Part shown: positions 18,714 to 29,568 of the stretch, piece after piece
Position numbering within the stretch: position 1 is the stretch's first letter
Layout: each line of letters opens with the position of its first letter
From: Nitrospirota bacterium
Lineage (GTDB): Bacteria > Nitrospirota > UBA9217
NCBI GenBank assembly: GCA_035623825.1
Contig: DASPSR010000022.1
Coordinates: forward strand, 128,001 to 192,000
Direction of reading: 5' to 3'
DNA length: 64,000 nucleotides
The notes under the pieces: generated by a model
Database searches by the model: none
The model's input: only the letters and a program-made list of their open reading frames with translations
What the model was told of the DNA's origin: nothing
Made by a program: the position numbers and the translations under genes

Positions 18714-18883
18714 CGTAGGATGCGAAAGAAGCACGGATGCGGAGCGTTTATTTGGCGACAATGCCGGCATCCGGCTGACAACTGTGCGTTAACCGTCGAA
18801 AACGAACATAACCTGCTGCCCGAAGGGGTTTCACGACCATAACCGCTTGAAAGCGATTCAAAAAGCGAGAGGAGGGTATAATC

Positions 18884-19327
18884 ATGAAATGCAAAGAATG
18901 TCAGATGGAAAACATTGAGGGTGCACTCTTCTGCGAGGAGTGCGGAGCAAAGCTCGAAACAATGGGCGTAATCCAGGACCCTGCTGCCGGCAGCGGCGGT
19001 GATTCGGCAAGCCTGGTGTTCAAGACCGCCGATGGGAGCAAGCTGGAAATTCCTGCCAAGGATGATGTGGTTATCGGCAGAGAAGATCCTATCAGCGAGG
19101 TTTTCCCCGACCTTGACCTCACAAACTTCGGGGGGGCCGAAGGCGGCGTATCGCGCAAGCATGCGGTCATCCATCGCCTGGGCAATGGCTTCACTATCGA
19201 GGACATGGGATCCACGAACGGGACATACCTGAACAAGAAGCGCATTCAGCCACACGTCCCGCAGACGATAACTCCCGGCGACGAGGTGAGGTTCGGAAAG
19301 CTGGCGTTCTCGCTCCAAGCCGCATAA
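18884..19327 (+). CDS. Zinc-ribbon + FHA domain protein
   Basis: CKEC...FCEECG; canonical FHA residues IGR, VSRKH, STNGT. Confidence 0.92.
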   Translation: MKCKECQMENIEGALFCEECGAKLETMGVIQDPAAGSGGDSASLVFKTADGSKLEIPAKDDVVIGREDPISEVFPDLDLTNFGGAEGGVSRKHAVIHRLGNGFTIEDMGSTNGTYLNKKRIQPHVPQTITPGDEVRFGKLAFSLQAA

Positions 19328-19329
19328 AT

Positions 19330-19485
19330 AAACAAGGGGCCAAAGACCAGGATTTCATCCGTTAGAGATAATGCTCTTCGCAAGGAGAGCACAGAATCGT
19401 TTCTGTAGCGCATAGGTGAGTTCTGTGTTTTTCTCTGATGAGGTAAAGGGTCACGAGTCAACCCAAATCACGGCCCCTCGTTTTT
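19330..19485 (+). ncRNA. Candidate structured intergenic RNA element (multi-branched, GNRA tetraloop)
   Basis: Nested stems 19330-41/19472-83 and 19360-68/19432-40, hairpin TGCTCTTC-GCAA-GGAGAGCA, CAGAAT/GTTCTG stem; U-rich tail. Confidence 0.4.
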
Positions 19486-19530
19486 GTTTGTTGATCGCTG
19501 CTTGCCATTTACTGATTTTGGAGGTGCCTC

Positions 19531-21786
19531 ATGCGCAGATTCTCTCATAAGATACTAATGTCCGGTGCAACAGGCGCACTCGGCGGTTCAGCCGCTTGGG
19601 CCTTTGTACTGTATGTGTCAGGCGCTGCCAGGGGTGGACTGCCTACGGAGGTCATGCTCGGCGCCCTTGCGGGCATCTGCATCGGAGGGTTCATCTGGAG
19701 CCATGAAGCGCTCACTGGCAGGCAGTTCCATGCCGCAATGAAGCGCGCGGCATACGGCGCCACGGCGGGTATCCTCGGCGGCGCTTCAGGCGCGGCTCTG
19801 GGCAACACGGTTTTCTCCGCACTTGGCAGAGTGGTGGCGGACCTGGGAGGGTTCAGGGCATCCCTCGCCATGACCCTGTCCGTGGCACTGGGATGGGCAA
19901 TGCTTGGTGCGGCTATCGGCATTAGCGGTGGACTAATGATTCGGTCTCTCGACCGTTCCCTCTATGGACTGCTCGGCGGCTCTTTCGGCGGATTCCTCGG
20001 AGGCCTTCTCTTCTCCGCCTTGTCGGCAACGAACATATGGTCTGCTCTGGCCGGACTTTCGTTGCTGGGCATGTGCATCGGGGCCTTCATAAGCCTCGTC
20101 GAGGAGGCGTTCGTATCAGCGAAGCTCAAGGTAATAAAGGGAAGACACCTGGGCAGGGAATTCCCGCTCCTCAAGGAGCTGAACATCGTGGGCAGGGACG
20201 ACCGCTCCGATGTATGTCTCTCTGGAGCGGAAGGTGTGGGCATGCAGCATGCCATGATCAAGCGGAAGAAAGGGCGCTACTCTATCGAGGCAGACCGGCT
20301 GGGAAAGGTGGTGTACGTGAATCACAAGCTGACGCGGAGGGGTAGCCTATCCGACGGAGACGTCATCCGCGTTGGGAGCATCATCCTGATGTTCACAGCA
20401 GTGCGGAGAGCGGTTGCGTACGCGGCGATCATGATCATGCTCTGCGGAGCGATTGCGCTTCACGGGAATGCCGCATGGGCGGGCGACGGCGCTTCGGTCC
20501 AGATCACCCAGTTCGACCTCGGCGCATTTCCCAGGGTCAAGGCCTACATCTCGATACTTGATGAGGCAGGGAGGCCTGTGCGCGGCCTCGCGAAGGAAGA
20601 CGCAACGCTTACGGAAAACGGCCGTCCTGTCAAAATCGCGGAGATGAAGGCGTCCGGGACGGCAGGCGGGCGTGAGCCCCTCAGCTCTGCGATAGTGCTG
20701 GACCGGAGCGGCTCCATGGCCGGGAACAAGATAATGCGCGCAAAGGAATCGGTGCTCCGGTTCATCTCGCTCATGGAGCAGGGCGACCGCGCTTCTCTTA
20801 TCGCGTTCAGCGACAAAGTGGTAATGCTTAAGCCGCAGACCAGCAACCAGGGCGAGCTGAAGGAGGCGGTCCAATCAATCCAGGCCGGCGGCCACACCGC
20901 GCTCTTTGATGCAATCGCCAGGGGCGTGGAATCGGTCCGGGGGATTTCCGGCAGGAGGGCCGTTATTGTGCTGACCGACGGCATTGCAAACCGGGGTGCG
21001 CTAGATATCGGCCAGGCGATAGAGGCCGCAATAAAGGCGAATGTCTCCGTCTACGTGATCGGAATCGGTGCGGACGTTAGGACCGCTCGACTTGAGCGGA
21101 TCTCCAGCGAAACAGGCGGCTTCTATTTCTTCACCCCTTCCGCAGACGGGCTCGCAGAGATTTATGAGAGCATAAGCAGAAGGATTCACAATGAATATGC
21201 CGTCAGCTATACGACTGAGAAACGAGGAGAATATCTCAGAAACGTAACGATCTCGCTCCGATCCGGCCAGGTGGCAGTTCGTTCCTTCTTCCAGCCGGAG
21301 TCATCGCTTTTCGGCGCGGGAGGAAGCTTGCCGGTATGGGCTTTCGCGGTACCGCTCATGAGTGTTGCAGGGCTTATGGCCCTTTCAATCAGGCACCTGG
21401 AGCGGAGCTACCCCATTGGCCATTTGAGCCTCGTGCGCGGCAAAGGAACGAAAAAAGAAGTTGATGTCAACTCCACCGTGACCATCGGCAGGGACGAACG
21501 CAACGCCCTTGGGCTGTTCAAGGACAGCGCCATCGAGCAATTCCATGCCGAGGTGAAGCGAGAAGCTGGACGTTACGTCATCGAAGACAAATCTTCAGCT
21601 TCCGGCACGTTCGTGAACCAGGAAAGGATCTCGGGCAGGCATGCGCTCAAGGACGGCGACGTCATAGACATCGGCGGCAACCGAATAGTATTCAACGAGG
21701 AAAGCCATCGCGCCTGCTCGGGGTGCGGCAGTTCGGTGAAAACAAACTCGAAGTTCTGCCCGAAGTGCGGGGCTAAGGCAGCATAG
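19531..21786 (+). CDS. Polytopic membrane protein: Gly-rich TM bundle - FHA - TM - vWA - TM - FHA - zinc ribbon
   Basis: Gly-rich hydrophobic N-terminus, two GR-containing FHA-like domains, vWA MIDAS DRSGS/T/LTDG, C-terminal CSGC...FCPKCG; GGAGGT SD. Confidence 0.88.
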   Translation: MRRFSHKILMSGATGALGGSAAWAFVLYVSGAARGGLPTEVMLGALAGICIGGFIWSHEALTGRQFHAAMKRAAYGATAGILGGASGAALGNTVFSALGRVVADLGGFRASLAMTLSVALGWAMLGAAIGISGGLMIRSLDRSLYGLLGGSFGGFLGGLLFSALSATNIWSALAGLSLLGMCIGAFISLVEEAFVSAKLKVIKGRHLGREFPLLKELNIVGRDDRSDVCLSGAEGVGMQHAMIKRKKGRYSIEADRLGKVVYVNHKLTRRGSLSDGDVIRVGSIILMFTAVRRAVAYAAIMIMLCGAIALHGNAAWAGDGASVQITQFDLGAFPRVKAYISILDEAGRPVRGLAKEDATLTENGRPVKIAEMKASGTAGGREPLSSAIVLDRSGSMAGNKIMRAKESVLRFISLMEQGDRASLIAFSDKVVMLKPQTSNQGELKEAVQSIQAGGHTALFDAIARGVESVRGISGRRAVIVLTDGIANRGALDIGQAIEAAIKANVSVYVIGIGADVRTARLERISSETGGFYFFTPSADGLAEIYESISRRIHNEYAVSYTTEKRGEYLRNVTISLRSGQVAVRSFFQPESSLFGAGGSLPVWAFAVPLMSVAGLMALSIRHLERSYPIGHLSLVRGKGTKKEVDVNSTVTIGRDERNALGLFKDSAIEQFHAEVKREAGRYVIEDKSSASGTFVNQERISGRHALKDGDVIDIGGNRIVFNEESHRACSGCGSSVKTNSKFCPKCGAKAA

Positions 21787-21855
21787 GTTCCAGGGTCAGA
21801 TAGAAGTTTATGCTAACCCGGATAAATTCCGACCCTGGCGCGTGTTTTATTTTAT

Positions 21856-23046
21856 ATGAAAAGGACGTTAAAAAATCGATATGAAATCCTGGAGACTCTC
21901 GGCAGCGGGGGAATGGGGTGCGTGTACAAAGTGGCGGATCGGTTCCAGGACGGGAGGATCCTTGCAGCCAAGGAGCTTCTATCAGGCACTCTATCCGCGG
22001 CGAAGGCGAAGGACGCCCTAATCCAGTTCCAAAACGAGGCGAGGATCCTGGCGCGACTCACGCACCCGAACCTTCCGAAGGTCTACGACTACTTCAGTTT
22101 GCCCGGCAGGCAGTACATCATCATGGAGTTCGTGAAGGGAAAGACGCTGGAAAAGATCCTCGAGAAGCGGAAGGGAAGACCCTTGGACGAAGGGCTGGCC
22201 CTGTCTTGGGCACTCCAGATCTGCAGGACCATGCACTTCCTGAGCGTCCAAAAACCGCGCCCTATCGTTTTCCGCGATCTCAAGCCATCGAATATCATGA
22301 TTATGCGCGACGGCAGGGTGAAGCTTATAGACTTCGGTATCGCCCGCTTCTTTAAAGAGGACAAGCACGAGGACACTTACGTTTACGGCACACCGGGCTA
22401 CGCTGCGCCTGAGCAGTATGGGAGCGGCCAGACCGACGTGCGCTCTGACATCTTCTCCCTCGGAGCCACCCTGCACCATTGCCTCACCGGCAGAAATCCG
22501 TCGGAGAATCCCCTGGACTTCCCTGACCCGCAACAGTTGAATCCGAAGCTGAGCCGAGAGACCGGGGCCATCATCAAAAAGGCGCTCGCGCCGGACATGG
22601 ACAAGCGCTTCCAGAGCGCTCTTGAAATGAAGAAGGCGGTCCAAAAAGTGATGTTCGATTCGGCTTTACGGGCACAAGACGGGAGAAGGATCATCCTTGC
22701 ACAGGCGGGGAAACCGATTAAACTGCCGTGGTGGCGGAAAACGTGCTGGGTGGGCGTCCCTGTGACGGCGCTTGGATGCAGCGGAACGACGGGGACCCTG
22801 TCCACAGACGACCTATGGATACAGCCGAGACCGCAGGCATTCAGCCCCGGGTCTTCGCAGCTCCTGTTCCGGGTGGAGAGCAGCAAGATGAAATTCGGCA
22901 GGGAATATCGTCCGAAAATAACGGTCCGGACCGATGCGGGCATCCTCCACCCCAAGCTCATATTCAAGAAAGCCTGGCCGTGGATACTTATCGAAGCCGC
23001 CGCGATCGCTGCCGCGGCATTTGCGGTTACTGAGATGATAAGGTAG
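21856..23046 (+). CDS. Hanks-type Ser/Thr protein kinase with C-terminal BACON-like domain and terminal hydrophobic anchor
   Basis: GSGGMG, AAKE, FRDLKPSN, DFG, GTPGYAAPE, DIFSLG. Confidence 0.95.
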   Translation: MKRTLKNRYEILETLGSGGMGCVYKVADRFQDGRILAAKELLSGTLSAAKAKDALIQFQNEARILARLTHPNLPKVYDYFSLPGRQYIIMEFVKGKTLEKILEKRKGRPLDEGLALSWALQICRTMHFLSVQKPRPIVFRDLKPSNIMIMRDGRVKLIDFGIARFFKEDKHEDTYVYGTPGYAAPEQYGSGQTDVRSDIFSLGATLHHCLTGRNPSENPLDFPDPQQLNPKLSRETGAIIKKALAPDMDKRFQSALEMKKAVQKVMFDSALRAQDGRRIILAQAGKPIKLPWWRKTCWVGVPVTALGCSGTTGTLSTDDLWIQPRPQAFSPGSSQLLFRVESSKMKFGREYRPKITVRTDAGILHPKLIFKKAWPWILIEAAAIAAAAFAVTEMIR

Positions 23047-23134
23047 AGAGGGTTGTCGACATCTTTCCGACTGTACCATTGAATGGCAGCCAGATAACGG
23101 TCCATTCTCCTCAGAGAGCGTTCAAAGACATGAA

Positions 23135-23270
23135 TTATTTTTTGCTGGTCGAAAAGCTCCAGAAGTAATCATTCTGCATCGCATTGCCCGCCAGGTCACG
23201 CACCCCAGCGCTCACGCGGGCCGTGTACAGCGTGTTTCGTGGGCGGAGTTGTGTGTCGGCTGGTGGAACT
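23135..23270 (-). pseudogene. Remnant 3' end of a bacterial Ig-like (Big_5/SbsA-type) domain gene
   Basis: Minus frame reads ...LRPRNTLYTARVSAGVRDLAGNAMQNDYFWSFSTSKK* (stop 23135-37); upstream part degenerate, in-frame stop at 23324-26. Confidence 0.65.
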
Positions 23271-23519
23271 GGTCCCTCGCGGCCGCATTCTGCGAGAAAC
23301 AATGGTGCAAAGAGGACAATCCGCTAATACCACGATTGGTTTTTTCATTCCTTCACTTAAAAGTGCGGGAAGTGGATGCAGGTGGCCGAAGAAGGTATCG
23401 GGATGGGTCTAATGCTCACGTCTTTGTTTGATCTAAAAGCCCAGGGTACGAAAGTGCCCACGGATCTGATTCTTTCTCATTCCTATATATGTTGATGCAG
23501 GGATTTGTATTATCACAGC

Positions 23520-24869
<1,350 letters not shown>

Positions 24870-24904
24870 TCTTTCATTGTATCACAGTACAGTGAAAATG
24901 ATAA
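24870..24904 (-). promoter_or_regulatory. Extended -10 promoter giving a probable leaderless mRNA for the FHA-bEBP
   Basis: TTATCA-17-(TGn)TACAAT then 6 nt to ATG; no SD. Confidence 0.55.
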
Positions 24905-25328
24905 CCCTTTCGACAGGATTCCTATCCCGGGTTTTTTCAGCACGCCCGGTGCTCGATGATTCTCTAAAGGGGGAAATAGCCGCCGTGCAGGCCTCTATGG
25001 TTTGAGCAACAGTGCCGGCATCGTCCGGCCATGGTTTCAAGTAATTCATGAATTTTAATTTGAAATGTCATATAAGAATTGCCGTTCACGACTTGATTTT
25101 TTTGAAGGTTGCTTAATTGTTCATTAGGAATTTCTTCAGGACGAGAGAAGCGTTGATCCCGCCGAAGCCAAGAGAGTTGGAAAGGGCGGTGTGAAGATCC
25201 TTTTTCCCGGCGCGGTTGGGGACATACTATGCTGTTGCCGAGCGGTGTGAGACCTCCCCGTCCGGTTATAACGACGCGGGCTTTCATGGCGCGCAGTATA
25301 AGACCTTTGAGCATGTTTGTCAAAAACA

Positions 25329-25344
25329 TGTGAAGTTTGTCACA
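25329..25344. promoter_or_regulatory. CRP/FNR-family operator (TGTGA-N6-TCACA)
   Basis: Perfect TGTGA-AGTTTG-TCACA just upstream of the TTGACA(25355)-16-TATATT promoter. Confidence 0.65.
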
Positions 25345-25421
25345 GGAAATAAGTTTGACAATGCCGTATTTTGTGATATATTTGAGAGGGTAATTCAATG
25401 CTGAAATAAAGGGGGTTTGAG

Positions 25422-26369
25422 ATGAAAAAAGCTGAATTAGCGGCAAAGACCGTAGCGGAACTCAAAGCCCTGGCCAAGAAGAAAAAGATATCGCTGCCCG
25501 CTGGGGCAAAGAAAGATGATGTCATCAAAGCGTTAATGGCGTCAGGAACGCGGCCGAAAGCTGAAAAGCCTGCTGCGAAAAAGAAGGCAGCTCCGAAAAA
25601 AGCGGCAGCTAAGAAAAAAGCGGCAGCTCCGAAGCGGCCGGCGGGTCGTGCATCAGGTTCCGCGCCTGTCGTGAAGACGGTCAAAGAACCTTCCAAAGCC
25701 CCTGCACGCAGGTGGGAAATGCCGGCGGGCGTCGAGGAGCCGCTTATGGCGCAGGAGCGCGTCGCCGAAGCCAAATTCTACACAGGCCCTGTCTCTGAAC
25801 AGAAGCCGACGTCCGCAAATCGCCCTTACGAGGAACTGCCTCTCGGTTATGGCGAAGAGAAGATCGCCCTCATGGCGCGGGACCCCTACGTGGCCTATGC
25901 GTATTGGGAGGCGACGCCCTCGAGGATAGATCGGGAAAAGGCATGGTTCGGCTGGAACAGCAGGCTGTGCGTGCGCATTTACGACGTGACCGGCGTCCAG
26001 TTCGACGGCCGGAATGCCCTGGGCTATTACGATCAGGAGGTCTCTGAGAGGATCGGCAACTGGTATTTCGATCTCGGCAGGCCTACCCATGCGTTCTGTG
26101 CCGATCTCGGCCTGCTTTCTCCCGATGGCAAGTTCCTTACGCTCGCTCGGTCGAACTATATCACGATGCCGAGGGATGGCGCATCCGATGTAATCGACGA
26201 GAATTGGATGATCGTGGACGAGGAATTCTGGAAGCTGTACGGCTACCCCGAGGGAGTGCCTGGTGGCATTTCATCGCAGCAGGCCCAGGAGATCGTACGG
26301 CGTCGCAGACGCATGCAAGAGATCTCCTCTCCCGGCATGTCCTCCCGCGAGAAGGCAAAGAGGAAGTAG
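25422..26369 (+). CDS. DUF4912-family protein with Rho-N/HeH-like N-terminus and Lys/Ala-rich linker
   Basis: KTVAELKALAK N-terminus; ELPLGYGE...LMARDP...YAYWE, RIYDVT, NWY, ARSN..P motifs; typical partner of GH57. Confidence 0.82.
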   Translation: MKKAELAAKTVAELKALAKKKKISLPAGAKKDDVIKALMASGTRPKAEKPAAKKKAAPKKAAAKKKAAAPKRPAGRASGSAPVVKTVKEPSKAPARRWEMPAGVEEPLMAQERVAEAKFYTGPVSEQKPTSANRPYEELPLGYGEEKIALMARDPYVAYAYWEATPSRIDREKAWFGWNSRLCVRIYDVTGVQFDGRNALGYYDQEVSERIGNWYFDLGRPTHAFCADLGLLSPDGKFLTLARSNYITMPRDGASDVIDENWMIVDEEFWKLYGYPEGVPGGISSQQAQEIVRRRRRMQEISSPGMSSREKAKRK

Positions 26370-26422
26370 CGGAATACGGCAAGGTCCCGTGCCCGTATGC
26401 CTTGCCGGAGGCAAGATGCAAG

Positions 26423-26456
26423 AAAGTCCATCCTTCTCTGGATGGACTTTTCTTTT
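26423..26456 (+). terminator. Rho-independent terminator between DUF4912 and GH57 genes
   Basis: AAAGTCCATCC-TTCTCT-GGATGGACTTT + TCTTTT. Confidence 0.75.
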
Positions 26457-26499
26457 GTAATTTCCCGCGCAGAAAAGAGAACTATTTATCGGAGGGTGA

Positions 26500-28080
26500 A
26501 TGGAAAAGGGCTATCTGGCGCTCGTGCTGCACGGCCATCTGCCGTTTGTGAGACATCCTGAATACGACCAGTTTCTTGAAGAAGACTGGTTGTACGAGGC
26601 GATCACCGAAACCTACATTCCGCTCATCAACGTGTTCGAAAGCTTGGTGAACGACGGTGTGGATTTCCGCATCACCATGAGCCTTACGCCCACACTTATC
26701 GCCATGCTTACGGACCCGCTGCTCCAGCACCGGTATATCCGCCATATCGGCAAACTGATCGAGCTCGCAGAGAAGGAAATAGACCGAACGAAAAACCAGC
26801 CTGAGTTCAACCCCATTGCCCGCATGTACCTGGAGATGTTCAAGAACGCCCGCCTGACGTTCGAAGAAAAATATGGGCGCAATTTGGTGAGTGCCTTCAG
26901 GAAATTTCAGGATCTGGGCAAGCTTGAGATCGTCACCTGCGGATCAACGCATGGATTCCTGCCGCTCATGCTGAACCGTAAGGCCGTCCGTGCACAGATC
27001 ATGATCGCGGTCGAGCATCACAAGAAACACCTCGGCAGGGCCCCGAAAGGAATTTGGCTTCCGGAGTGCGGATACTATGAAGGGCTCGACGAGATCCTGA
27101 AAGATGCAGGCATCCGCTACTTCTTTACGGACTCCCATGGCGTCTTCCATGCTTCGCCCCGGCCGAGATACGGCGTGTACGCGCCGATCTACTGTCCTTC
27201 TGGTGTTGCCGCCTTTGGCAGAGACATCGAGTCATCCAAACAGGTTTGGAGCTCCATCGAGGGTTATCCCGGAGATTACAATTACCGGGAGTTCTACCGT
27301 GACGTGGGTTTTGATCTCGAGTATGACTATGTCAAACCCTATCTCCACCCGGACGGGGTACGCGTCAACCTGGGGATCAAATACTACAAGATAACTGGTA
27401 CGTCGAACCGTAAAGACCCTTATATCCGGCACTGGGCGCTCGAGAAGGCGGCAGCACATGCGGGCAATTTTCTGTTCAACCGCGAGAAGCAGGTCGAGTG
27501 GCTTTCGGATATCTTCAAGAACAGGAAGCCGATCATCGTGGCGCCCTATGATGCGGAGCTCTACGGCCATTGGTGGTTCGAGGGCCCGGACTGGATCAAC
27601 TTCCTTCTCAGGAAGGCTGTCTTCGACCAGAAGACCGTGCGACTGATAACGCCGCCTGAATACCTGACGGAAAACCCCAGCTGTCAGGTCGCCACTCCCT
27701 CGACATCGAGCTGGGGGTACAAAGGCTATGCCGAGGTATGGCTCGACGGTTCGAACGACTGGATCTATCGCCACCTGCACAAGGCAGCGGAACGCATGGT
27801 CGAGCTTGCGCAAAACCACCCGGGAGCTCAGGGGCTTCTGCGCAGAGCCCTTAACCAGGCAGCGCGGGAATTGCTTTTGGCCCAGAGCTCGGACTGGGCG
27901 TTCATCCTCAAAACGGGAAGCCACGTGGCATACGCCATCAAGAGGACGAAGGAACACATACTCCAGTTCACGAAATTGTATGACGATATCAAAGCAAATC
28001 ATATTGACGAAGGATGGCTCGGCGATATAGAATACAGGGACAATCTGTTCCCCGATATCGATTATGCCGTGTATGCTTAA
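26500..28080 (+). CDS. GH57 1,4-alpha-glucan branching enzyme (DUF1957)
   Basis: LVLHGHLPFV, EAITETYIP, GIWLPEC, PYDAELYGHWWFEG, QSSDWAF. Confidence 0.93.
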   Translation: MEKGYLALVLHGHLPFVRHPEYDQFLEEDWLYEAITETYIPLINVFESLVNDGVDFRITMSLTPTLIAMLTDPLLQHRYIRHIGKLIELAEKEIDRTKNQPEFNPIARMYLEMFKNARLTFEEKYGRNLVSAFRKFQDLGKLEIVTCGSTHGFLPLMLNRKAVRAQIMIAVEHHKKHLGRAPKGIWLPECGYYEGLDEILKDAGIRYFFTDSHGVFHASPRPRYGVYAPIYCPSGVAAFGRDIESSKQVWSSIEGYPGDYNYREFYRDVGFDLEYDYVKPYLHPDGVRVNLGIKYYKITGTSNRKDPYIRHWALEKAAAHAGNFLFNREKQVEWLSDIFKNRKPIIVAPYDAELYGHWWFEGPDWINFLLRKAVFDQKTVRLITPPEYLTENPSCQVATPSTSSWGYKGYAEVWLDGSNDWIYRHLHKAAERMVELAQNHPGAQGLLRRALNQAARELLLAQSSDWAFILKTGSHVAYAIKRTKEHILQFTKLYDDIKANHIDEGWLGDIEYRDNLFPDIDYAVYA

Positions 28081-29440
28081 GCCGTCTGTCGTCAAAGAAC
28101 TGAAAAAGATCGTCGGCCCTGCCAATCTCTCCACATCGCCCGAAGAACTCGTTGTTTACTCCTACGACGCCACGCAGCGGGAAGAGCTTCCGTGGGCCGT
28201 CGCCCGGCCAGCCTCTACGCGCGAGGTGTCAGAGATCCTCCGCCTTGCGAACCGGGAGCTGTTCCCGGTTGTACCACGCGGCGCGGGAACCGGCATGTCC
28301 GGCGGCTCCGTGCCAATCCAGGGCGGGCTCGTCCTCTCGCTCGAACGGATGAACAAGATCCTCGAGATAGACGAGCAGAACCTCATTGCCGTGGTCGAAC
28401 CAGGCGTGGTAACGGCAGACCTGCAGCGGGAGGTCGAGGCGCGAGGCTTATTCTATCCGCCGGACCCCGCCAGCCACAAATTCTGCACTATCGGTGGCAA
28501 CGTGGCCGAGTGCGCTGGCGGCCTTCGTGCCGTAAAGTACGGAGTGACCAAGGACTACGTCCTGGGGCTCGAGGTGGTGCTGCCGACGGGGGAGATCATC
28601 AAGACGGGCGCGCGCACGGCCAAGAGTGTGGCGGGTTATGACCTCACGAAACTTATAGTCGGTTCCGAGGGGACGCTCGGCGTAGCCACCATCATCATAT
28701 TGAGACTCTTGCCTCTACCCGAGAGCGTGCGGACAATAGCTGTTTTTTTCAGCGACATCGAAAGTGCCGCATCGGTTGTATCCAAGATCATCGCTAGCCA
28801 CATCATCCCGTGTGTCTTAGAATTTGTCGATCGGTATGCGCTCCGCGCCGTTGAAGGCCATCTGAAGGAAGACATTTCGGGCGGTGCCGAAGCCATGCTG
28901 CTTATCGAGCTGGACGGGACAGTGGATTCGACGATGCGGGAGAGCGCGCGAATTACTGAGATCGTGGCTGAGGGCGGGCTGGCCCGTATCAAGAAAGCGG
29001 AAACTGACGCGGAGAGGGAGTCGCTCTGGAAGGCGAGGCGCTCGATCTCTCCGGCGCTGTATGCGATAAAACCGAAAAAGATAAATGAAGACATCGTCGT
29101 TCCCCGGAGCAGGATTCCTGATATCCTTCGCGAGATCGAAGTGATAGCGAAGCGGCACGATCTTTTGATCGTGAATTTCGGCCATGCGGGTGACGGGAAC
29201 ATCCATACGAATATAATGATCGATGAGACGGAGATGCCGAAGGCCGATGCGGCGGTAAAGGAGATCTTTGAGGCAACGTTACGGATGGGAGGAAGCATTA
29301 CCGGAGAGCATGGTATCGGCCTGTCCAAGGCTGCTTACCTGCCTATGGAGGTCGGGCCCGCTGCGCTGGCTGCAATGAAGCATATCAAACAAGCGCTTGA
29401 TCCGAACAATGTCCTGAACCCGGGGAAGATATTTCTATAG
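28073..29440 (+). CDS. glcD: FAD-linked oxidase, glycolate/D-lactate dehydrogenase subunit GlcD-like
   Basis: PRGAGTG.SGG, YPPDPAS, GSEGTLG, NEDIVVP, GHAGDGNIH, GEHGIG, NPGK. Confidence 0.9.
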   Translation: MLKPSVVKELKKIVGPANLSTSPEELVVYSYDATQREELPWAVARPASTREVSEILRLANRELFPVVPRGAGTGMSGGSVPIQGGLVLSLERMNKILEIDEQNLIAVVEPGVVTADLQREVEARGLFYPPDPASHKFCTIGGNVAECAGGLRAVKYGVTKDYVLGLEVVLPTGEIIKTGARTAKSVAGYDLTKLIVGSEGTLGVATIIILRLLPLPESVRTIAVFFSDIESAASVVSKIIASHIIPCVLEFVDRYALRAVEGHLKEDISGGAEAMLLIELDGTVDSTMRESARITEIVAEGGLARIKKAETDAERESLWKARRSISPALYAIKPKKINEDIVVPRSRIPDILREIEVIAKRHDLLIVNFGHAGDGNIHTNIMIDETEMPKADAAVKEIFEATLRMGGSITGEHGIGLSKAAYLPMEVGPAALAAMKHIKQALDPNNVLNPGKIFL

Positions 29441-29568
29441 ATTCGAAGGAATCCACTATGCGGGCGCGAGATCACAAAAGTGCGCAAAGCACAACTTTGT
29501 TACAGTTGCAGCCGGGGAATCTTTGGCCGGTTCAGTATGAAAAGATCAGAAGTCGAGTTTGATAAGGG

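Noticed and set aside
19435-19470. CTGATGAG resembling a hammerhead ribozyme core
   Set aside because: No GAAA core or stem II/III arrangement follows
21835-21852. CTGGCGCG upstream of the kinase as a second sigma-54 promoter
   Set aside because: The -12 position reads AT, not GC
16440-23046. Calling the signalling locus a TerY-P defence system
   Set aside because: Gene order, the long vWA type, the canonical Hanks kinase and the extra FHA and membrane components differ; it is an analogy only
24964-25446. 160-aa minus-strand ORF
   Set aside because: It overlaps the promoter, operator and start of the DUF4912 gene and has no recognisable domain or SD
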